A stretch of DNA of 64,000 bases, taken from positions 119,929 to 183,928 of the forward strand of contig CAZQZT010000001.1 in NCBI GenBank assembly GCA_964597925.1, written 5' to 3'. The stretch is from an uncultured Candidatus Saccharibacteria bacterium. GTDB lineage: Bacteria; Patescibacteriota; Saccharimonadia; Saccharimonadales; JBBQAJ01. Below the pieces are notes generated by a model, which was not told the DNA's origin, ran no database searches, and saw only the letters and a program-made list of their open reading frames with translations. Made by a program: the position numbers and the translations under genes. Shown piece by piece: positions 1 through 8,475 of this stretch (its first letter is position 1; each line of letters begins with the position of its first letter).

Positions 1-397
1 CTATGGTGTTTGCTAAAGCCTGTAGCCGGCTTTTTACCTCATTTTGTGTCAGTCCGTCTGTTAGGTATTTTTCCACTTTCTTAGGCACAGTTATAGTTAC
101 CAGTTCTCGCATGCCAGTTTGATCCCAAATACGACGACGAGGTTTGAGCATAAAACCAATTTTCGCCAGTAACCAGACTTCGGACGACTGATCGTGTCCG
201 AAAGGGGCGGCGAGTAATGCAAAAAACCCCATAGGTAGAATAAACGGTATAACAAAAAATATACTGATGGATGCAAGTTTGAAGGCAACAAAACCCATAA
301 TTGCCACTATGGCAGCGTAAATAAACTGGCGCAGGGTTAATGGCCCCAGCAGCTTGTCTTCTGACTCAATATCCTGAATAACTTTATAAGTAGCCAT
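1..397 (-). CDS. PrgI-family (VirB3-like) type IV secretion membrane protein; C-terminus runs off the left window edge
   Basis: Absent from the ORF track because there is no stop in the window. ATG at 397 (minus) reads MATYKVIQDIESEDKLLGPLTLRQFIYAAIVAIMGFVAFKLASISIFFVIPFILPMGFFALLAAPFGHDQSSEVWLLAKIGFMLKPRRRIWDQTG... The N-terminal DIExEDKxxGPLTxRQ motif followed by two TM helices is the pattern I associate with PrgI-family proteins. The 97..291 track ORF is an alternative-frame shadow. Confidence 0.6.
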   Translation of the reverse strand, partial: MATYKVIQDIESEDKLLGPLTLRQFIYAAIVAIMGFVAFKLASISIFFVIPFILPMGFFALLAAPFGHDQSSEVWLLAKIGFMLKPRRRIWDQTGMRELVTITVPKKVEKYLTDGLTQNEVKSRLQALANTI

Positions 398-452
398 TGC
401 CTATCAGTGTAGCAAACCTCACGAAAAATAGTCATGCTTAAACTAAGTTTAA

Positions 453-1229
453 TTAAGGGAGCAGGTTTTGACGACGCTGACGGAGTTCCTCAGATTTATC
501 ATCATATTTACTTATCTTGTCTCGCTGTTTTTGTACACGACGTTGATTTCGTTTTTCAGAACCTCCGTCGCTTGCCATCTGCGCAGTAATAACACGACGA
601 GTTGTTTCCCGTGAAGTGCGGCGTTGGTCTTTACCGCGCACTGATACAAGCTTGGTTGAACCGGTGCGGCTGCCGGTGCCTCGGGATGCGCGTATAGCTA
701 ATTTTTCCTCATTAAGTTCACTGACTGTGAGTTCACCATTCTTATATTTCTGACCTGCTTCACGCAATCGCAATTGTTGGCTTATTGCTGGTCGCACGCC
801 GAAAGTTTGTGAGTTGGCGTATCTGTGTGTATTGTTATTCCGAGCCCGTGCCTGCGCCAATTTATCGAGCTTTCGTTCAACGCGCTTATCTTGGCGACGT
901 TCCCTGGAAGTCTTGGGGGTCACAATAGTTACTGCGTCTTCAGGGGTACCTTCAATATATGCTTTTGTCTTGCCTTGCAGGTAATCGTGAAACTCAACGT
1001 TACGATGTATTTTGGCAAGTTTTGTTTCGGCCTTTATGGCCTTTTTGTCAGCCCTTCCAGCTCTCATACCAACGAATGCTATCTGACCAATTTTGATCGC
1101 GCTGCGCGCTGCTTCACTTGTGCGTTCGGCTATTGCTGGTAAATCTAGTGCGCCAGAATCACCCTGCATGTGTTCTACTGCGAGAGAAATTGGTGCTTCT
1201 TTTTGTGTGGGTATTGATTCTAGAGACAT
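453..1229 (-). CDS. Hypothetical, very basic (K/R/E/Q-rich) soluble protein within the T4SS-like operon
   Basis: 258-aa ORF co-oriented between the VirB6-like and PrgI-like genes. No TM segment and no motif I recognise. Confidence 0.6.
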   Translation of the reverse strand: MSLESIPTQKEAPISLAVEHMQGDSGALDLPAIAERTSEAARSAIKIGQIAFVGMRAGRADKKAIKAETKLAKIHRNVEFHDYLQGKTKAYIEGTPEDAVTIVTPKTSRERRQDKRVERKLDKLAQARARNNNTHRYANSQTFGVRPAISQQLRLREAGQKYKNGELTVSELNEEKLAIRASRGTGSRTGSTKLVSVRGKDQRRTSRETTRRVITAQMASDGGSEKRNQRRVQKQRDKISKYDDKSEELRQRRQNLLP

Positions 1230-1502
1230 GCTTTAACATTAGCATAATCTTAGCTAAAAGTCAATGATATTACATGCTATAAATTATGGTTTCATCTTAC
1301 AGGCCTTGCCATTGCTCAATTGTCATCGTCTGCTTACCTAGAAGTGCGTAATTGACCATATAATATCCATTTTCATCTAATGCTAAAGCTTCTGAGCGCG
1401 AAGAAATTAAATCTTTCGCCACCCCACGCGTATTATTAGCTCCATAAATACTGGAACTGATAGAATTTTATGCTGCTATTTGTGAATTTAGTGCTTGCTC
1501 GG

Positions 1503-4274
1503 TCATGGATTATTATTCAGCCGAGCGTTCATATAAGCCAGACGTTCGGCTTCGGTTGAGTCTTTACTGTATTTACGAGCAGATTTTACTATCTGGTCTC
1601 CAGTTACTTGACCATCCCCACCTGCTGGCAGTCCTAAGGATGGCAACCGTTTATTAATCTGGTCAGCAAGTTGATCCTCAAGACCAATCTCGGCATCAGG
1701 ATCGTATCCAACAGTATTGTTTAATAAGTTGTTAATAATCGCCGCGTTAGCCTCGGTAGCACCCGGCATTCCTCCTTGTAGTTCTGCTATTCTTTGTGCT
1801 GCAGTCCCTATTCGCGATACGTCGTTACTATTCCAATCTGCATTGATTTGTTCAGCAAAGCCTTCCATTGCGCGAGTGTCTCCACCCACGATAGCACCAA
1901 CCGTTTGCCTTCCCCACGACTCATCTAAGCTATTTGCGTGATTAATGGTGCCGTCATCATTTCTGTCGAATACCCCATGGTCCGCTCGTCCATTTCCTCT
2001 GGCATGAAATGCATAACCCTGCAAAATGGCTTCCTCACGTTGTGTGTTTCCGCCAGCCAATCGTCTGGCCGAATTCGCAATAAAATCACGCCCTCCAGCA
2101 CCCTTCACTGAGCGGGATTTATTCTGTGCAAGCAAAACTCCAGCAGCTGCAGAGTTACTACTAGTTATACCTATGGCTCGTGCCGCAGATTCTGCTCTGG
2201 TAACTCTTCTATGAGCTTCAGCCTTGGCATCACGATCGTTCTCATGTCTACCACTATCAATTTCGTTTTGAGTCCATAATCTTTCCAGTTCTGCCGCGGC
2301 TTCTCGTGCTCCTTCATTTGTGCCACCCGAACCAAACAGGAAGGCGTTTCCGTCATCATCAGTTTGGGCAAAATGTTGTAAATCAGCGTTGTTCTTTATT
2401 GTATCTTGTTCTTGCACACCTTTACGTATTGTAGCTGCTTGTCTGCCACGCTCACCTAGGCCAAAATTACCTTTACGTCCCAAGCCTACTCCACCGGTAA
2501 CGGCATTATATCGTTTACTCAATGCATTATTGTTTTTAAAACGTGTACCTTGTTTCATGTCTTGCAAGTTCTTAGACAGCTTATCTCCACGAATTTTTTT
2601 GAGGCGATCAAACGCACCCCTGCTACGATCATTGACCATACCAGTAGCCGCCGCAAATATGCCTCCAGCAGACTTAAACATGGATGGTATGAGGAAATAT
2701 GGAGCTATATAGGCCGTAAGCTTTAGGATGGTTCCCAGGAAGTCATCTGGCCCAACATCTTGAACAAGAGCAGCAAAGCCCTTGCCGACACCAAGTAAAA
2801 ACATGATTAAAGGGAAAAGTAAAAGAAGTTTAGAAAAAGAACCCCACCATAGCTTCCACAACTTGTCGTTGCCCGGAAAAATCCAACCCAAAATCGCTAG
2901 CGGAGCAATTATCATAAATGCAACCAGTAGCACTTGCCGAAAAGCCAAAGCAAGTAGTGCGATAAACAGGGATAAACCAGCGGTTACCAAATAAAGCAGA
3001 ACCACAGGGATAACACCAATAGCAGCAACACCTCCGGCAACAACTCCCACCGTAAACAACCCGCTAGTAACTCCCCCTGGATTCAAAATCTTAGCCAAAG
3101 TTATATTTTCGGCTCCATTGAAGGAAGATTGTACAAGACCCAGCACTCCCTGACCAACATCATTAGTCATGATTATCAAAAACCTGGTAATTTCTAAAGA
3201 GAGCGCTATAAACACAGCTGCAATCAGCAGTCTAGGCAAAGCTTTTTTAATTGTATAAGCACTTATAAAATCAAAACCCAAAGCCGTGCTGATGACCATA
3301 ACTAGCATCAAGGGTACGAGTACCAGGTAGGCAATGTCGCGCATACGCTCCCACGCAACTTCAATGACAGGGCTATTGTAGTAATCATTTGGTATGGTTA
3401 GTAAATTAGTGAGTTTTTCGTCCACAAAACTCAAAAAACTACTAGCAGTACGAAGTGCCGGGCAAAGTATCCAGGTATTTTCGCCACCGCCCTCTTCACA
3501 TGATGGCTGATCATCTGCGGGGGGTGTCGCGTTCCCAACCCCAGCTTCGGGCACTGCCCCCGCCGGAATACCATAAATAACTCGAGCTCTGTCGCTAATA
3601 TCTGCGTAATTGATTTGTTTGTCATGTGTAACAGTGTTCACACAAGATGTGTCTACAGAAACTCTGCCTGTGTTCCCAGGAGATGTCGTAAACCTAATAA
3701 AACCATCTAAGGGAGGATCTCCAGACTGGATCCCGAAATATAGATTAGCTCGATATGATGAATCACCAGCCGGCGCGCGTCTAAATGTAGTTGGTTCATC
3801 GTCTACCCAATACCCAAGACTACACCCGGGATCTTGGAAGCCTACCGGAAAGAAAATGTTTTCTGCATCTAGTCTATGTGCGGTCGTAAAACGTCGGGAT
3901 GCACTATTTAGTAGAACGCTGTCTAATTTATCTCCTTTGCTTTCTGCGGATTCAAAACAATCACCGGTTGCGCCTTTTTCTTGTAGAATAATGCTAGCTG
4001 TCGGATTAGAATTTTTATTTTCAAAAGAAGCCTTCCCTATAGCTATTTTACTTTGACAATTGTCAGGGCCGTAAGTCCACTCATATGTTGTATCGTATGG
4101 ATCCCTGTCGTTGTATGTTTTGCCATCATAGATTAGTCTTGTGCCATCTATAACCTCTATCCCTCCGGATTGGGCAGAGGCTTTTTTAGTCAAGGCTATG
4201 GGTAATAAAAATGAGGCTACAAAAACAGCCAGCAAAACACGCGGCAAAACTGATTTAAACGTTAGCCTGATCAT
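1503..4274 (-). CDS. Large polytopic membrane protein, candidate VirB6/TrbL/PrgH-like T4SS channel component
   Basis: 931-aa track ORF with a TTG at 4298; the ATG at 4274 gives MIRLTFKSVLPRVLLAVFVASFLLPIALTKKASA, a signal peptide. It has a ~300-aa Cys-containing ectodomain, a block of about 6-8 hydrophobic helices (roughly residues 320-560), and a ~370-aa G/A/N-rich soluble tail. It occupies the position upstream of the PrgI-like gene seen in Gram-positive prgH-prgI-prgJ synteny. The function is inferred, not motif-proven. Confidence 0.6.
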   Translation of the reverse strand: MIRLTFKSVLPRVLLAVFVASFLLPIALTKKASAQSGGIEVIDGTRLIYDGKTYNDRDPYDTTYEWTYGPDNCQSKIAIGKASFENKNSNPTASIILQEKGATGDCFESAESKGDKLDSVLLNSASRRFTTAHRLDAENIFFPVGFQDPGCSLGYWVDDEPTTFRRAPAGDSSYRANLYFGIQSGDPPLDGFIRFTTSPGNTGRVSVDTSCVNTVTHDKQINYADISDRARVIYGIPAGAVPEAGVGNATPPADDQPSCEEGGGENTWILCPALRTASSFLSFVDEKLTNLLTIPNDYYNSPVIEVAWERMRDIAYLVLVPLMLVMVISTALGFDFISAYTIKKALPRLLIAAVFIALSLEITRFLIIMTNDVGQGVLGLVQSSFNGAENITLAKILNPGGVTSGLFTVGVVAGGVAAIGVIPVVLLYLVTAGLSLFIALLALAFRQVLLVAFMIIAPLAILGWIFPGNDKLWKLWWGSFSKLLLLFPLIMFLLGVGKGFAALVQDVGPDDFLGTILKLTAYIAPYFLIPSMFKSAGGIFAAATGMVNDRSRGAFDRLKKIRGDKLSKNLQDMKQGTRFKNNNALSKRYNAVTGGVGLGRKGNFGLGERGRQAATIRKGVQEQDTIKNNADLQHFAQTDDDGNAFLFGSGGTNEGAREAAAELERLWTQNEIDSGRHENDRDAKAEAHRRVTRAESAARAIGITSSNSAAAGVLLAQNKSRSVKGAGGRDFIANSARRLAGGNTQREEAILQGYAFHARGNGRADHGVFDRNDDGTINHANSLDESWGRQTVGAIVGGDTRAMEGFAEQINADWNSNDVSRIGTAAQRIAELQGGMPGATEANAAIINNLLNNTVGYDPDAEIGLEDQLADQINKRLPSLGLPAGGDGQVTGDQIVKSARKYSKDSTEAERLAYMNARLNNNP

Positions 4275-4303
4275 CTGACCTAAACTATAGAGACACAAAG
4301 GTT

Positions 4304-4341
4304 AAAAAACAAGCTAACACGTCTGAGTCGGCTTGTTTTTT
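4304..4341. other. 11-bp-stem hairpin (AAAAAACAAGC-N16-GCTTGTTTTTT) in the divergent T4SS control region
   Basis: Perfect inverted repeat 4304-4314 / 4331-4341, flanked by A and T runs (bidirectional-terminator-like). It lies between two divergently transcribed genes. Confidence 0.5.
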
Positions 4342-4369
4342 GAAAGGAGTAATACTATAGTAAAGTCAG

Positions 4370-4954
4370 ATGCTCTTCCTAAAATACAAAAAACTACTAT
4401 TCTTATTCTCTATCTTGCTTGCAATGGGCGGTGTTTTTGGCCTAACAGCACCACAAAACGAAGTTTTCGCTTATCACGTTCAGTGTTTTGGCTTATCAAC
4501 ACTAGGAACGGACACCACTGCATGCACAAACCAAAAGCAAGATGCAACAAATAGAGCTTGTCTTGCTAAATACGAAGGAAATAATGGCGCAATTACCGAC
4601 TGTGTTACCCAGGTAATGTTGCACTATACCGCGCCGCCAGATACCGCGCCGCCACTTCCCGAAGAACTAGAAAGTGATTTGGGGAAACCTAACTGCAAAG
4701 ATGTTAATCTTAGCAGTGATAATTGTGCTATAGTTCGCTACTTAAATGATGCAATCAAAATATTATCAGGACTAGTTGGTATAGTAGTTACTATTATGAT
4801 AATTGTAGGCGGTATTCAGTACTCGGTGGCTGGAGCCGATCCGAACGCCGTAGCAAAAGCAAAAAAGCAGATTTTTAACGCCATATTTGCTCTGGTGGCT
4901 TATGGTTTGATGTTTGCGTTCCTACAATATCTAATACCAGGCGGATTGCTATAG
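4370..4954 (+). CDS. T4SS pilin-like protein (TrbC/VirB2-type hairpin), paralog 1
   Basis: Signal peptide MLFLKYKKLLFLFSILLAMGGVFGLTAPQNEVFA and a 6-Cys variable region. C-terminal TM-loop-TM module IVVTIMIIVGGIQYSVAGADPNAVAKAKKQIFNAIFALVAYGLMF shares the GGxxY..S/G.GD/A...AK motif with the five downstream genes. Confidence 0.75.
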   Translation: MLFLKYKKLLFLFSILLAMGGVFGLTAPQNEVFAYHVQCFGLSTLGTDTTACTNQKQDATNRACLAKYEGNNGAITDCVTQVMLHYTAPPDTAPPLPEELESDLGKPNCKDVNLSSDNCAIVRYLNDAIKILSGLVGIVVTIMIIVGGIQYSVAGADPNAVAKAKKQIFNAIFALVAYGLMFAFLQYLIPGGLL

Positions 4955-4962
4955 GAAACACA

Positions 4963-5376
4963 ATGTTTACGTGGATATTTTTACACATACCAATTTATCT
5001 AGGGGCATCACAAGCCCAGTGTGATGAAGATAGAGCTAAAACGTTTCTAGGTATATTCCCTACTTGGTATAAATATGTAAATACTTATACTCCTAGTGAT
5101 TCATCACCAGATAAAAGTTGTGGGTTTGGAACTATAGAACCGGGCACATTTTCCGTACAGCTAGGGCTGGCAATAATAGACATACTTTTGCGCGCAGGAG
5201 CTTTGGCGGCTGTGATTTTCATAATTATAGGAGGCTACAAATATATTTCTAGCCAAGGAGAGCCCAAAAACATAGAGGCAGCTTTAGCTACAATTGTGAA
5301 TGCTGTAATTGGCCTGGCTATAGTACTGCTTGCCACAGTTTTGGTTGCATTTATTGGAAATAGTTTGGGGGGCTAA
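4963..5376 (+). CDS. T4SS pilin-like protein, paralog 2
   Basis: C-terminal module AVIFIIIGGYKYISSQGEPKNIEAALATIVNAVIGLAIVLLATVLV; one Cys pair in the N-terminal region. Confidence 0.7.
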   Translation: MFTWIFLHIPIYLGASQAQCDEDRAKTFLGIFPTWYKYVNTYTPSDSSPDKSCGFGTIEPGTFSVQLGLAIIDILLRAGALAAVIFIIIGGYKYISSQGEPKNIEAALATIVNAVIGLAIVLLATVLVAFIGNSLGG

Positions 5377-5670
5377 ATGTACGAATATATATTTAAACTA
5401 TTAGCCGCAGTAGAAGTGGACACAAGCCCTTTGCCCCGCGCTGGACTGGATAACAATGTTGTTATAGATATATTCAACATTGTTTTTGGTTTATTGGCCG
5501 GGATAGCGTTTATTAGTATAGTTTACGGTGGATTCAAGTATGTAATATCACAAGGTGAACCGGATAAGATTGGCAAAGCCAAAGACATAATCTTGTATTC
5601 AATTATTGGTCTAGTAATTTCCCTGAGCGCATTTGGTATAGTGAATGTGTTTATAAAGGCTATAACGTAA
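5377..5670 (+). CDS. T4SS pilin-like protein, paralog 3 (short, no Cys, no obvious signal peptide)
   Basis: FISIVYGGFKYVISQGEPDKIGKAKDIILYSIIGLVISLSAFGIV. The start abuts the paralog 2 stop (TAAATG). Confidence 0.7.
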   Translation: MYEYIFKLLAAVEVDTSPLPRAGLDNNVVIDIFNIVFGLLAGIAFISIVYGGFKYVISQGEPDKIGKAKDIILYSIIGLVISLSAFGIVNVFIKAIT

Positions 5671-5673
5671 ACG

Positions 5674-6078
5674 ATGAAGAAACTTTTATTAACCGCCCTC
5701 TTACCACTAACAGCTTTTCTAATTCTGTCTCCAGTGTTTTCTGTTACGGGCACGGCATTTGATCCCTTCAATGACGACCCTAATATATGTAACCAAACTA
5801 CTGTTGAGAACCAAAAATCTCTGGTTTGTGCTCCCAAGAATCCAAAACCTATAACGGGTCCTAATGGAATCATTAATAATATTGCCAACATACTTGCCTT
5901 TATAACGGGAGTTGTAGCCGTGATAATGATAATGGTTGGAGGTTTTCAATACATACAATCATCTGGCGACAGCGCAAAAATTAACAAAGCTAAGAACACC
6001 ATACTCTTTGCAGTAATAGGACTTGTGGTTGTAGTGGTTGCTAGGTCATTGATAGTATTTGTACTGACATTACTATGA
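5674..6078 (+). CDS. T4SS pilin-like protein, paralog 4
   Basis: Signal peptide MKKLLLTALLPLTAFLILSPVFS, Cys pair (ICNQ...LVCAP), and module VIMIMVGGFQYIQSSGDSAKINKAKNTILFAVIGLVVVVVARSLIVFVL. Confidence 0.8.
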   Translation: MKKLLLTALLPLTAFLILSPVFSVTGTAFDPFNDDPNICNQTTVENQKSLVCAPKNPKPITGPNGIINNIANILAFITGVVAVIMIMVGGFQYIQSSGDSAKINKAKNTILFAVIGLVVVVVARSLIVFVLTLL

Positions 6079-6104
6079 AAACTAAACTATAATAAGGAAC
6101 AGAC

Positions 6105-6503
6105 ATGATAAAAAAATTAACATATTTGACACTCAGTGGCCTAGTATTTTTATTTGGCTTGTTAAGTTTTACAGTTTTGCCGGCTTATGCGCAGATAGAC
6201 CCTACGGGTCAAGCATGTGAAGCGCTGGGTGCAGCCAGTGGCACCCCTGGTGAATGTGAAGATCCAGCCGCCGCCCCAAAGATAGACGCCACTATAAAGT
6301 TAGCTATAAACATGTTTAGTTTGATAGTGGGTTTTGTAGCCGTAATTATGATAATCGTTGGTGGACTAAAATATGTTACATCGCAAGGTGATAGTTCAAA
6401 TACAGCCAGCGCAAAAAACACCATACTATATGCAATTATTGGTTTAGTGGTGGTAGCCCTAGCACAGGTGATTGTAAAGTTTGTATTAAAGAAGTCTTCT
6501 TGA
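6105..6503 (+). CDS. T4SS pilin-like protein, paralog 5
   Basis: Signal peptide ending AYAQ, Cys pair (ACEALGAASGTPGECE), and module VIMIIVGGLKYVTSQGDSSNTASAKNTILYAIIGLVVVALAQVIVKFVL. Confidence 0.85.
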   Translation: MIKKLTYLTLSGLVFLFGLLSFTVLPAYAQIDPTGQACEALGAASGTPGECEDPAAAPKIDATIKLAINMFSLIVGFVAVIMIIVGGLKYVTSQGDSSNTASAKNTILYAIIGLVVVALAQVIVKFVLKKSS

Positions 6504-6548
6504 TGTTCGTTTATGGCATTAAGTGGAGCATACAGCTTATGTATAGTA

Positions 6549-6578
6549 TTGAATCTAATAAGGCCTTTGTGGTATAAG
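6549..6578 (+). promoter_or_regulatory. Candidate sigma-70 promoter for pilin paralog 6 (TTGAAT-18-TGgTATAAG)
   Basis: TTGAAT at 6549-6554 and an extended -10 TGgTATAAG with the hexamer at 6573-6578. An SD-like GAAAGG lies upstream of the ATG at 6612. Confidence 0.4.
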
Positions 6579-6611
6579 TAATAGAGAAATTAAGAAAGGT
6601 TAGACTAAGTA

Positions 6612-7049
6612 ATGATTAAAAAATTAAAAAAACTTATGACAACACTATCGCTAGCAACATTGCTTATATTGCCAGCTATGCCTTTAGCAGTTGTTAGTGC
6701 ACAGACTTCGGATACTAATATTTCAGCTGGTTTGGAATGTGGGTCAAGCTTTAACGCATCGGGAATCGGTAATCCAGCCGCAAATTGTCCTAATGATGAA
6801 GCAGGACAAGCAGGACAAACAATTGATGGCATTATTAAGCTAGTTATAAACGTCTTCTCGCTTATAGTCGGCGTCGTATCGGTTATCATGATTATCATTG
6901 GTGGCCTGAAATACATTACCTCAGGCGGTGACAGTGGTAACATTACAGGTGCCAAAAACACCATACTCTACGCAATAATTGGCTTAGTAGTAGTCGCACT
7001 TGCTCAAGTAGTGGTCAAGTTTGTACTAGAAAAAACCGCCAGCGTTTAG
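6612..7049 (+). CDS. T4SS pilin-like protein, paralog 6
   Basis: Signal peptide ending VVSAQ, Cys pair (LECGSS...AANCPNDE). The module VIMIIIGGLKYITSGGDSGNITGAKNTILYAIIGLVVVALAQVVVKFVL is near-identical to paralog 5. Confidence 0.85.
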   Translation: MIKKLKKLMTTLSLATLLILPAMPLAVVSAQTSDTNISAGLECGSSFNASGIGNPAANCPNDEAGQAGQTIDGIIKLVINVFSLIVGVVSVIMIIIGGLKYITSGGDSGNITGAKNTILYAIIGLVVVALAQVVVKFVLEKTASV

Positions 7050-7063
7050 TAATAAACAACAGC

Positions 7064-7096
7064 TAAAAAAATCCCCGCGTACTGCGGGGATTTTTG
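7064..7096. terminator. Bidirectional intrinsic terminator between the convergent pilin-6 and hsp20 genes
   Basis: A7 - ATCCCCGC GTACT GCGGGGAT - T5; stem 7071-7078 / 7084-7091. Confidence 0.7.
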
Positions 7097-7115
7097 TAAG
7101 TCCAATACTTTTCGC

Positions 7116-7601
7116 CTACAGGACTTGAATTTTCTTGACGCTGTCTTGTTTGACCTTAGTAAAGCTAATAGTTAGTACGCCGTCTTTTAGTACCGCTTCG
7201 ATCTCATCTTCTTTTACGGGGACTGGCAAGGCAATGCTGCGGCTAAATTCTCCCCAGTAACATTCTTGAACGAAGTAGTTTTCTACATCATCTTCATTAC
7301 CTGCGCTTAAAGTGCCACGAATACTAAGAGTATTGTCGGCAATGCTTACGTCTAGGTCACTTTTGTTTACACCGGCAACTCGGCCTTTTACTACTAAACG
7401 CTCTTTAGTTTCATATACGTCAACTGCTAGCTGACCCGGTACGGCATCTTCTTCGTCCCAATCGTCACTAACTGCAGTAGTTTCATTTGCGACAGCAGAA
7501 GCATCATCACTATTTGCAGGTCCAAAATCTTCTTCACCCAAAAAAGCAGCAGTTAGCTCATCTTCCATCAACAGATCATCGTCACGACTTCTACGAGCCA
7601 T
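7116..7601 (-). CDS. Hsp20/alpha-crystallin family small heat-shock protein
   Basis: Alpha-crystallin core LAVDVYETKERLVVKGRVAGVNKSDLDVSIADNTLSIRG...GEFSRSIALPVPVKEDEIEAVLKDGVLTISFTK. Start moved to Met17 (7601) because GGAGGG lies 8 nt upstream. Confidence 0.9.
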   Translation of the reverse strand: MARRSRDDDLLMEDELTAAFLGEEDFGPANSDDASAVANETTAVSDDWDEEDAVPGQLAVDVYETKERLVVKGRVAGVNKSDLDVSIADNTLSIRGTLSAGNEDDVENYFVQECYWGEFSRSIALPVPVKEDEIEAVLKDGVLTISFTKVKQDSVKKIQVL

Positions 7602-7853
7602 AGTTGTTACCCTCCACGAGCTATGTGATAAACCAAAGGTTTCTCTCATCGCGCTGGCAAAATGGAATACATTTTGTCAGGCTGCTCTTTTCCCTTTAAA
7701 TTGAAAGTATTTTTGCAATTTTTGTTACTAGCAAGTATAGCCCACAGGTTATCAGAGGCGCAACCTCTAACTCTTATATTTACAACATAATATATACAAC
7801 AAAGGCACAGCTATCGTTCGCAATGCGCCAATTACTAGTGTTAAACTGAAAAT

Positions 7854-8432
7854 ATGCCAGTTCTTGATAGATTGCTTGCAGTCATAGCGCCTCATAATTG
7901 TTTAACTTGTTGTAGTGAAGCAAGTTTGGTCTGTTCTGCCGGCACGCCAGACGCTTTTGCTGAACTACCAAGCCGACGCTATAGATGAAAACGAATTAAT
8001 TCGAACTTTTCTGTCTGTGATCGCTGCAAAAAACGTACACCCTTGCGTCACGTATGGATTCGCACCGAATACAGCAAAGGCATTGTTACACGAATATAAA
8101 TTTGAACGAGCACAATCAGCCGAGTTCGTCAGCGCGGATACGACCATACTGCTCTACTAGCTCGTTATATTGCTAAGACCGAACGTTTAATGTGGCTACG
8201 CGCCGTAACGCATCTTTTGCAGTCGAGACAAGACGGTGCCAGCCGCCAAAAACGCCTAACACAGCTAAATAACGACATAGTTGTTACATAGCCGGCGCTT
8301 ATAAAAGGCAACGACGTTTTAATCATAGATTATGTTGTCACTACTGCCGCAATAATTGAAACTATGGCAAACGTACTGAAAAAAGCTGGAGCCAAACCAG
8401 TAACTGCCCTAGCCTTCGCCCAAAAACAATAG
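7854..8432 (+). pseudogene. comFC: Decayed ComF-family (ComFC-like phosphoribosyltransferase-fold competence protein) gene
   Basis: The frame from ATG 7854 carries N-terminal ComF-like features (LLAVIAPHNCLTCC, CDRCKKRTPLRHVWIRTEYSKG) and C-terminal ones (RGYDHTALLARYIA, RQKRLTQLNNDIVV, KGNDVLIIDYVVTTAAIIETMANVLKKAGAKPVTALAFA). It is broken by in-frame stops at 7986 (TGA), 8097 (TAA), 8103 (TGA) and 8289 (TAG). The central KALLHEYKFERAQSAEF motif sits in the +1 frame. The region that normally holds the PRTase-loop residues appears deleted. Confidence 0.75.
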
Positions 8433-8475
8433 TTTTGATTACAGGGCTACAGATGCTATAATCACCCCTGTTATT

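Noticed and set aside
4333-4554. 73-aa ORF overlapping the start of pilin paralog 1
   Set aside because: It is an alternative frame of the same DNA. The pilin frame has a signal peptide and the conserved C-terminal module, and this ORF has neither.
7986-8291. In-frame stops in the comF-like frame as evidence of stop-codon reassignment
   Set aside because: All three stop codons occur among the interruptions. TGA, TAA and TAG each terminate conserved genes at expected positions: TGA ends dnaG exactly at the rpoD start, and GroEL, ValRS and PolA have no internal stops. The gene also shows frame hopping and an internal deletion, so it is a pseudogene.
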